A stretch of DNA of 64,000 nucleotides from Octopus vulgaris (Eukaryota), in the NCBI GenBank assembly GCA_951406725.2, contig OX597820.1, positions 107,074,001-107,138,000 on the forward strand. Direction: 5' to 3'. The notes beneath the pieces were generated by a model, which saw only the letters and a list, made by a program, of their open reading frames with translations, was not told the DNA's origin and searched no databases. Of the stretch, positions 54,915-64,000 are shown in pieces (the first letter of the stretch is position 1; each line of letters starts with the position of its first letter). The position numbers were made by a program, and so were the translations under genes.

Positions 54915-55690
54915 GGAAGAGCACCTTTAATCTTGAAACCAAGATGGTTGTTTTTCTTCTAGTGTTGACTTAAGCTGCTCGCAGTAGATCTCCTTTATCA
55001 TTTGATTTGGGTTTAAATGTTCAAAGTCGATTAAACCTTCCATATCCTTTCATACAGATAACAACACCTTACGTGGGTGGAGACCTTCTTTCGCCTGGGG
55101 TACTGGTGTTTCTCCTTTCTCTACCCACTGTCTTCAGTGCTTGACATTTTTATAGAGAATCCATTTCACGTCACCAGTCACTATTTAGTCCAAAAAAGAT
55201 CATTTGTGAGACGTGGCAGCAAAGAAGAGCATACATTCACTCTCTGCACACAATTAGACTCAGAAAGTTTGTGAGGAACCCAATTTGCTGACTTTTCCGA
55301 TGGCATGCAGGTGTTGATGACCTGCACGACCAAATCCAAGCTTCTCTGCTAGTTCCTCAACAGTTACAATGGGATTTTGTTCCACCAGGGTTTGCAGGAA
55401 GTCTTCATTGAGCTCTACAGATTCCCCAGGATGAGGCTTGTCTTCTAGGCTATAGTTACCAACTCAGAATTTCTGGAACAACTGTTGACATTGGCTTATG
55501 CTTATTGTCTGATCCCCATAAACTGCCTTAATATTCCTCGCATTTTCTGCTGCATTGTTGCCTTTATTGAACTCATAAAGCAAAATATACTCCTTTGTCA
55601 CTTCCATTATAGCTTTGGAAAAATAAGTATTAACTTTTCTCAATGGGAAATACTGAAGAGTGATAAACCTTGGTAGATTCAAAGCTGTAA
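54915..55690 (-). mobile_element. Decayed mariner transposase fragment
   Basis: MEVTKEYILLYEFNKGNNAAENARNIKAVYG..CQQLFQKF resembles a mariner N-terminal HTH. Confidence 0.7.
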
Positions 55691-55799
55691 CTTTAACTAA
55701 AAACAGTCAACATCAGTAACTGAGTAGTGCTAGTGGACTGCCTGGTTGGAATAAAAATAGCAGCATCAGGGCTGGCTTTGTTTGGAGCACATCTTTTTT

Positions 55800-56605
55800 A
55801 AGATGGGTGATAAAGAATATTTTTAAAGAATTACCACTCCATATGCCTCTGTTTTCACCTCTATAAGCTGTTTACAAAGGTCATAGTCACCAGACTATCA
55901 AAACACCTCAATGACCAACAGCTGAGAGAGCAAGAAGGTTTCTGTAAGAAGTATAGTATGATAGATCAAGTGTTCACTCTAACACAGCACACAGAACAAG
56001 CGAACAAATACAAGCTTCCTCAGTGTATCACTTTTGTTGATTGTGAAAAGGTTTTTGATAGCATCAACATAAACACAGTGTTGAAATCTCTGGAAATGCA
56101 AGGTGTCGAGGTGCAATACATCAAACTGCTCAGAGATGTAAACTCAGGGTGCACAACAGATACAGCTTTGCTCTCGCCACCAATAAGGGTCCCAATTGAG
56201 AAGGAATGTCAAGCAAGGAAATACAATTTCTCCAAAGTTGTTTAACCCACATGTCTAGAAACAGTCATTAAGGACATTGACTGGACAGATGGCATGAAAA
56301 CCAATGGTGAGCAACTAACACACCTCTAATTCACAGATGACATTGTACTCATCACTGAAACCACAGACCAGCTGTAGACCATGCTGACAGAACTTAACAC
56401 TCACAGCTTAGCAGTCAGTCTTAGAAGGAATCGCATGAAAACAAAAAATATATGTGGTCAGAAGATGTAGCACAAGGCCAAATAAAGGTGGGAAGTGATG
56501 AAATTGAGGAGGTAAAGAAGTATGTCTACTTAGGACACACATTGAATATGCGCTTTGATATGAATGCTGAAATCTCAAAAAGAATAAGTGCAGGATGGAA
56601 GACAT
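55800..56605 (+). mobile_element. Decayed RT fragment of a second RTE family
   Basis: LYKLFTKVI, FVDCEKVFDSI, QG.TISPKLF, FTDDIVL, YVYLG motifs with stops and frameshifts; no PHD insert. Confidence 0.8.
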
Positions 56606-58134
56606 TTCACCTATATGTTTGTGTGTATTATGTAAATACATAAATCATAATAACAATGAATTATCTGAGTATTCTACAGACACTTGCAGTTTTAACATAA
56701 TTCTCAGGCAGATTGCACATTTCCTATCTACCTTTTTTCACTCACAAGACTTGCGTTGACCAAAGTAATGATAAAAGAGTAACACAAAATTAGATTAAAC
56801 ATAGGACACAGTGATTGTGATCCTTGCCTATTAACTATTAGGTCACACAAATATATGAAACATTTATAAGTATAATGTAAGACAAAAAAGGGAAAAGATT
56901 CCAACAAAGATGTTGAACTATACATCTGTTGTTTGTTACAATTAAGCATTAATCATATTTTGGTATTTGCTTGAACTTATAAACAAGGGAGAATTCTTTC
57001 AGCATGCACTGAGTTAGCAGTCAGTGGGTTAGCCTATCTGCTGGTGATTAAGTAGTTGAGACATTGTCCATGATTCACATGCAATATGACCAGGAAGTGG
57101 GGGTACTTTAAGCAAATCTAGTAAAACATTTATTTTTTCATTCTTTTATTTGTTTCAGTCAAACAGCTGCAGTCATGCTGGAGTACCATAACTGCTGATT
57201 TCGGTTTAATTTGTTCAGAGCACATCTAAAGTAACTAGCAGTATAGTCGTGTAGCAAATGATTGATGTGTGGTTCAACTCTCGTGATGAGATCTGTTCTC
57301 TTTTTTTACTTTGTACTTGAAAATCTCTCTCTCTTATATATATAAATATAGATAGATAGATATAGATATATATATATATATACATGTATGTCTGCATGCA
57401 TGCATGCTATCATTTAGCTTTATTTCTAGATTTCTCAACAGTTGAGAAAGATGGTTTCTAACTGAGATCCAAAGTTCCTTCATTGCAATTTCAACAATAC
57501 CAGAGGATATTTGTACATGTATGGGTGTACACATGCAAGTATTTAGTGTTAGTACATGTGCAGATGTGTATGCTTTGTTTTATGCATGTATACTCATATA
57601 TATATATATATATAGCATCATGTCTAGACAAGTACATATGTATTTATATGCTAAAATTTATGAAAGTTTTATTCATTTTGACAGTTCTAGTGATGGCATG
57701 TGTGTGTGTATGTTTATATACATATGTATGAGTCACATTAAGAAAACCCGACTCATTTATATGCTCATAATGAAATCAATTTCCCTTAGAAAATTTCTTG
57801 TATATGAAAAAGTGGACCATATGTTTTAAGTTGTAAATATTTATAATAGCATTTGCAGAGAGAACAACAATGAAGATATTACAGCTGTGTATCCAGTGTA
57901 CTGGACAAATGGACTGGTCCCAATGCATGGTTTTCTGCCATGAGATGGCAGATCTAACAGGAAGCTACTCAAATGACATAGGGTTTTGTAGGTTTCAATG
58001 TTTGCAATAACCTCAACAGTGGAATTCTACTTAAATAGTAGTTATGGGCATTAAATACTCGAATCTATGTAACAGCTGTAGGTTTTGCTTTAGATGTTCA
58101 GCTATGAAAGAAGCAAATACATTATTTATAATAC

Positions 58135-58963
58135 AGGATGATCCACTGAATGTGTAATGTCAGTGTGCACACACAGCAGAGTGTAAGTGCCCTGAGAGAA
58201 ATGCTGGAAGCATTGGATGTGGCGTGCAAGAGAGACGTCTGCACTGGTATGGTCATGTACTACGGATGGATGAGGAGAGATGTGTGAAGAAGTGCCACTC
58301 CCAAACAGTTGAAGGAATCCGGAGTAGAGGTAGACCCAGGAAGACATGGGATGAGGTGGTCAAACATGACCTTCGAACGTTGGGTCTCACAGAGTCAATG
58401 ACGAAAGTCGAAAGACCGAGACCTCTGGAGATATGCTGTGACTGCAAAGACCTGACAAATAATGTGAGTTCATGGCTGTTTCCTGCACCAGCTTCACATA
58501 GAAGCCTCAGCCCATCCAAAGTACATTGGATCGCAGGATGGCCTGCTGTGCTTACCTTGGATCGTAGGGTGACCTGCTGTGCTTGAGGAGACCTATTGAG
58601 TCAAGTACATCAACGTCAAAATATATATCAGATGGAAATTGTAGTTGTGATACCTGTTCCAGTGGCACGTAAAAAGCACCATCCAAACATGGCCAATGCC
58701 AGTGCCGCCTTGACTGGCTTCCGTGCTGGTGGCACTTATAAAGCACCAACCGATCATGGCTGTTGCCAGCCCCTCCTGGCACCTGTGCTGGTGGGACATA
58801 AAAAGCACCCACTACACTCACGGAGTGGTTGGCGTTAGGAAGGGCATCCAGCTGTAGAAACTCTGCCAGATCAGATTGGAGCCTGGTGCAGCCTCTTGGC
58901 TTCCCAGACCCTGGTCAAACCGTCCAACCCATGCTAGCACGGAAAACGGATGATGATGATGAT
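58135..58963 (+). mobile_element. 5'-truncated RTE LINE
   Basis: LHWYGHVLRM..GRPRKTW; three 3' UTR units; (GAT)n tail. Confidence 0.9.
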
Positions 58964-59594
58964 GTAGCAGAAAATCCGCCCATATTTTACATGGTTATCA
59001 ATGTGGCACTAGTAAAGTTAGGCAGATGGTAATAGTGTCTTCATGTAGCTAAAATAAAACAGCTTTTTCTTTTGTTCTTTTTTCAGTTATAAACATACTT
59101 TGGACTTGTGCAATTGTGTTTGCTGTTGAAACGTTTGTCAAACCATTACAGGGGAGGTATTTTTGCTACATCCTGTATGATTCAATAGGACTCAGGGACT
59201 GTAATGCAATCTCTAAACATGATTGTATTTAAGATTCAAAATAGGATAGTGTGTAGGTCAACACTGATAAAACAATGTTGAATATTTGTATAACACTTTT
59301 TATAAAACTAGGAGCTACAGCTGCACTATCATGGACCTTTTATTAACTTATTGAAGAGTGCATGTGAGTTATTACCTCCCTGCAACACACATATATATAA
59401 GCACACTTTCAACTTATAGGCATCTATTATCTTACCACCAAGTCTGTCTTTGAATATACTTTTAAAACGAAGACATACAGATATTTTTGTTGGCAATTTT
59501 GATTCCAGAAAAAAATTGAAATCTTATTTTCAGAATGGGAAATACAGCACATGAGAAATAATTTGTTTTAATAACTAAGTGAGATATTGCAGTA

Positions 59595-60377
59595 TTAGAT
59601 TTTTATCATTGAACTTCTTTCTATATGTGTTCTCATATAATAACATAACAGGGAATTCCCACACATTTCACAGTGATATGGTTTATCATTCAGATGAGTT
59701 TTTATATGTTCTTTTAGATGGGAATTTTGAGAAAAATCTTTCCCACAGATTTCACAGTGAAAAGGCTTTTCTCCAGTATGTATTTTGATGTGTTCTTTTA
59801 AATGGGAATTCCGAGAAAAATCCTTTCCACAAATTTCACACTGGAAAGGTTTCTCACCAGTATGGATTTTGATGTGTTCCTTCAGATAGGAATTCTGAGA
59901 AAAGTCTTTGCCGCATATTTCACAATGATATGGTTTTTCTCCTGTGTGTGTTTTAATATGTTCTCTAAGATGAGAATTCCGGGCAAATTCTCTTTCACAT
60001 ATTTCACAATGGAAAGGTTTCTCACCAGTATGAATCCTTATGTGCCTCTTTAATGTTGAATTATCAACAAAATCTTTACCACAAATATCACAGTGAAATG
60101 GTCTTTCTCCAGTATGTGTCCGTATGTGTCGGCTTAATAAAGAGTTTCGGGAGAATTCTTTCCTACATAACTCACACTGGAAAGGTTTCTCCCCAGCATG
60201 GGTTCTTATATGTTTCCTCAGATAAGAATTTAAAGCAAAACGTTTCCCACAAAGCTCACAGCTAAAAGCTTTCTTTACAACATGGGTTTTTAAATGCATT
60301 CTTAAATCCCTTTTCAATGTGAAATTTTTACCACAAATTTCACAATGAAATGGTCTTAGAACTGGATCTTGTTGCAT
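59595..60377 (-). CDS. C2H2 zinc-finger protein: 8 intact fingers plus 1 degenerate, no effector domain in this exon
   Basis: 260-aa ORF of CxxCx12Hx3H repeats with TGEKP linkers; splice acceptor tttttttttag at 60511-60510, so the exon starts at 60509; candidate AATAAA at 59344-59339. Confidence 0.93.
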   Translation of the reverse strand: MQQDPVLRPFHCEICGKNFTLKRDLRMHLKTHVVKKAFSCELCGKRFALNSYLRKHIRTHAGEKPFQCELCRKEFSRNSLLSRHIRTHTGERPFHCDICGKDFVDNSTLKRHIRIHTGEKPFHCEICEREFARNSHLREHIKTHTGEKPYHCEICGKDFSQNSYLKEHIKIHTGEKPFQCEICGKDFSRNSHLKEHIKIHTGEKPFHCEICGKDFSQNSHLKEHIKTHLNDKPYHCEMCGNSLLCYYMRTHIERSSMIKI

Positions 60378-60958
60378 CCTGCTTCCAAAAGAAAGTGTTT
60401 TTTTTTATAAAAAGTTTCTTCAATGTAGAAGTGTCAGTAATTTCAAAAACACTGTATGCAAGTCATCGGTAAGTGTCTGTATGAACTGTGAAATCTCCAA
60501 TTTCAAAATCTAAAAAAAAATTAAGAAATCATTTTAAATGTTGGCATCAAAATTTTCTTTCGATTTCAAGACAAAAGACATACAACACTACTTTTACATT
60601 ATGAGTGACCAATTTCTTCAAATAGAATAACATGTTGGTGTTTCACAAGCGTTCTTTGACACATGAGTCTATTTTCCAATGATAGTAGTTATGAATCTGC
60701 TACCAACACTCACTCAAAACTGTAACCTTTTCAGATATATAGAATAATTTATTTTAGCACCTCTCAGAGATCCTGATTGCAGTTAGCAGTAATAAATATC
60801 AGTCAAAATATTATCTAAAATAGGATTTAAAGAAATATTCTTCACAGCAAAATGAAGTAAACTAAATATACAATTTCACTGAGTAACTCTTTTCACTGTT
60901 ATCAATAAAAAATTTACTTACAAGAATGTTCTATAACAAGAACAGTTTAAAAAAGATA

Positions 60959-62304
60959 CTAGATGTATCCGCCATGACCCATTGGGTCAGAACCACTCCA
61001 AGTTGAAGATGTCGATGCGCAGTTCTATGACCCAGTTTTCGTTGGTTTGTAGTCGGAGAGTCTGGAAAAAAAATTATTGCGCTTTGTTCTGTTATTTTCT
61101 GGGGAGATTAATGGGTTTGGAAGAGACCTCTGACCCTTTTCCGGTCAGGGAAAGTTTAAGAAACCACCCTTTAAAATGCTACGCGCTGGGGTTTGTTGGG
61201 CAGTTCTGCCTGAGACAGCAAAAGGGCCGGAAGAGACAGTCAGTTGGCAAAAGACAGCAGCCAAGAAGGTGGCGATGGCAAGAGGCAACGACAACGATGA
61301 GAAAGACAGACAGTGAATGTGAGAGATGACAAGCGAGAAGTAGAGAAAGACAGGCAGATAGCATTGGGGACATGTAGAGCGAAAGAGAGAGAAAACGGCG
61401 GAAAGGCACAGCTATTGTAGTAGGAGTTCGTAACGGTATGTTTGTTTATGTAAATTGTGAACTGTGTTGCAAAAAAAAAGAACATTGTGAAAAGAGTTAT
61501 TGAAGAGGAAGAAAAGAATTGTTAAAAAAAGAAAGAACTGTGTTAAAGTGAAAAAGAAAGAAAGAGAAAGACTTTAATGTAGAACATTGATTCGAACTGT
61601 ATTGCACTGAACATTTGTTTTGATTGCTTCGGACGTTCTGTATCGTGCATGCCTTTGATTGTTTTCGAACGACGTGTTATGTTTAAATGCATTGTTGTTT
61701 TTTTCTTTTTAATTCTGTTGCATGTTATTTTCTTTAATATATCTGCTATGTTTCACATTGTATTTGATGTTGTAATAGTCGTATAAACTGTTCTTAAATG
61801 TAAGCAAATTGCCTTCCGCCGTCTCTCTATCTCTTCCTCCTGTTGTTGTTGTTATCTCCGGTCGCCGGTTCAAGTTCGCTGCCATCCCCCACCACCGTTT
61901 TCTCTCTCTGTGGTGGATTCCCGTTCGACTGAGCTGGTCAATCGTCATCGCTCGACTTAGTAGGGTCCTGGGTTCGAGTTTGAGCGACGGCAGGTTTCGT
62001 AACAATACCAATTCATTAGGTATTGCCTAATTTCATTATCACTGTTTATTTGAACAGCAGCTGGTCATTTCCTTTCAGTGTGTACTTGATGACATACTTA
62101 ACTGACCTCACTGAGGCAACAATTTCAATGTTGCAGTGGCATTTGAATGATCTTAAAAGAGTTTCATTATAAGGTACAACCCATTTGATGTTGTTTGTTT
62201 TTCCAGTCTTATAAGATTCAACTCCTCCCACTGCAACTGATCTTCATCTATAAAGAGATAGTCTCTCTGTCTGTTTTTCTGCCTTTTAAGTAAGATGATA
62301 AAGA
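60959..62304 (-). mobile_element. Internally deleted Helitron with a Rep fragment
   Basis: Minus-strand 3' end: hairpin tgaccc-aat-gggtca, 12 nt, CTAG|T at 60962-60958; 62046-62231 encodes WVVPYN..LL..F.CHCNIEIV.SV.SVKYVIKYTLKG.D (Helitron Rep). 5' TC at 62304 or 62295. Confidence 0.8.
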
Positions 62305-62510
62305 TTAATATTTCATTTTAAATAAAATACTAATTTTCCCCTTTAAAAAAAAAATCAAGTACCCATGATTCAATTTCTACCTTTCAATTCTATAGCACTC
62401 CAAAAAGTGTATAAATGATTAAGGAAAGAAAAAAGAAAGTAAGAAAAAAGGACGGATAGTGGTAGCTGCGACAACTCTTTGAAGTGTTGACATTTTCAAC
62501 TTGATTTTCT

Positions 62511-63313
62511 GGATCTTTTCCTTTTGAACGGCAGTTTGTATCATAATTTCTAGGTAAAAAATTTTAAACTTTGTATACTGGTAGAATGTGTTTATAAAAC
62601 ATCATTTTCTCTTGGCTTTATTGAGAAAATTCTATAGGTTGTAACATATTTCGTCTTTAATTTCTTGCATTTCGGCAATTTTAACCAATCAATTACCTCC
62701 ATTGATGTAAATAACATTCTGTGCATAATGAATATGTCCCTCGTTTAAGAAACAGATTGGGTTTATTTACATTTGTGAAGAAAAAAAGATACCCTTCCCC
62801 CACCCCTAACCCTAACTCTAAATCTAAAATAGATTGAAATGCAATAGATTGGTACTAGGGTTATAATTATGGGTGACAATTTCATACGACACCACTATAA
62901 AAAACTTAGCAGTGTCATATGAAATTGTCACCCATAATTATAACCCTAGTATCGATCTATTGCATTTCAATCTATTTTAGATTTAGGGTTATAGTTAGGG
63001 TGAGCTAGGGTTAGGGGTGGGGGAAGGGTATCTTTTTTTCTTCACAAATGTAAATAAACCCAATCTGTTTCTTAAACGAGGGACATATTCATTATGCACA
63101 GAATGTTATTTACATCAATGGAGGTAATTGATTGGTTAAAATTGCCGAAATGCAAGAAATTAAAGACGAAATATGTTACAACCTATAGAATTTTCTCAAT
63201 AAAGCCAAGAGAAAATGATGTTTTATAAACACATTCTACCAGTATACGAAGTTTAAAACTTTTTAGTTACCTAGAAATTATGTTACAAACTGCCGTTCAA
63301 AAGGAAAAGATCC
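62511..63313. mobile_element. 803-bp foldback MITE, Merlin-like
   Basis: Near-perfect inverted arms of ~390 bp around a ~10-nt loop (~62898-62906); GG...CC termini; exact 8-bp TSD gattttct at 62503-62510 and 63314-63321. Confidence 0.88.
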
Positions 63314-63411
63314 GATTTTCTTCTTTTAAAGGGGGAAATGACTATCTTATTTGTAACCTTTATCATTTTAATCAAATGGTGAGAAAACAGACAAACTTTG
63401 AGTTTTAGTAT

Positions 63412-63448
<37 letters not shown>

Positions 63449-64000
63449 TGATACTACCACTGCATCAAAATTATTTCATGAAGCTTCTCCCATCTTTAAG
63501 CATAGCACAGATATTTAAATGAAAATATGTTTAAGGGGCGAGTATCATAAGAAATACATTGAAACGTCTGTTTTAAAATCAGTTATAATAGGATACTAAG
63601 AGAACAATAGTATGGTGTCATAGTTGGGAATATTAGTGTAGTACTATAATACAGGACACTGTCCTGGTGACATGGTTAGGAACTTAGCTGTAGTACATAA
63701 TAAAAGACACTGTCCTCATGCTATAATAAGGAATAAAGGACATTTTCCTGGTGTCATAATAGGGAATACTGATGCAGTACCATAATACAGGATACTGTCA
63801 CCATGCCATATTAGTCCTGATCTGGTATGGCGAGGAAGATAAGTGTTTGACCACAAGGGAGAAAAATAGTGTAGTGCAACCAGGGAAGCTACTGGCATGA
63901 TATTGTGGAAATTGCCAGAGAAACATGATAACACATTGAAAGGCATGCTGGAGAAAACTGATGTGCTTATACAAGAAAGGCATAGATAGCACAGCAAACA

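Noticed and set aside
60982-62030. Several 75-115-aa ORFs inside the Helitron as captured genes
   Set aside because: No recognisable domains; they overlap on both strands in low-complexity purine-rich sequence.
62797-63022. TTAGGG-like repeats as a telomere or chromosome fusion scar
   Set aside because: Only a few degenerate units, symmetric within a TSD-flanked foldback element.
63640-64000. Repeated ataa..ggacactgtcc motifs, possibly transposon subterminal repeats
   Set aside because: No TIR, TSD or recognisable ORF within the window, and the region is truncated by the window edge.

Overview
AT-rich, repeat-dense eukaryotic DNA, most likely an octopus/cephalopod genome (inferred from the repeat complement and the stand-alone C2H2 array). 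The only clear host gene is a minus-strand exon encoding 8 intact C2H2 zinc fingers (59595-60377). A few weak minus-strand exon candidates lie at about 14.8, 17.4 and 34.1 kb. The rest is mobile DNA: RTE LINEs with a PHD finger inside the RT and a structured 3' UTR repeat array, CR1-group LINEs, several tRNA-derived SINE families, three Helitron loci, mariners, a hAT-Charlie MITE, TTAA-bounded MITEs and an 803-bp Merlin-like foldback element. There are also long (TA)n tracts and a 100-N gap. The most notable finds are minimal type I hammerhead ribozymes of several sequence families in Penelope-like remnants (37163-, 42370+, 50028-, plus degenerate copies), a Helitron head-to-tail dimer with its empty site 650 bp away, a decayed 28S rRNA fragment, and a covarying 3' stem-loop shared by LINEs and SINEs. 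All calls were made by eye; no searches or folding programs were run, and boundaries of decayed repeats are approximate.
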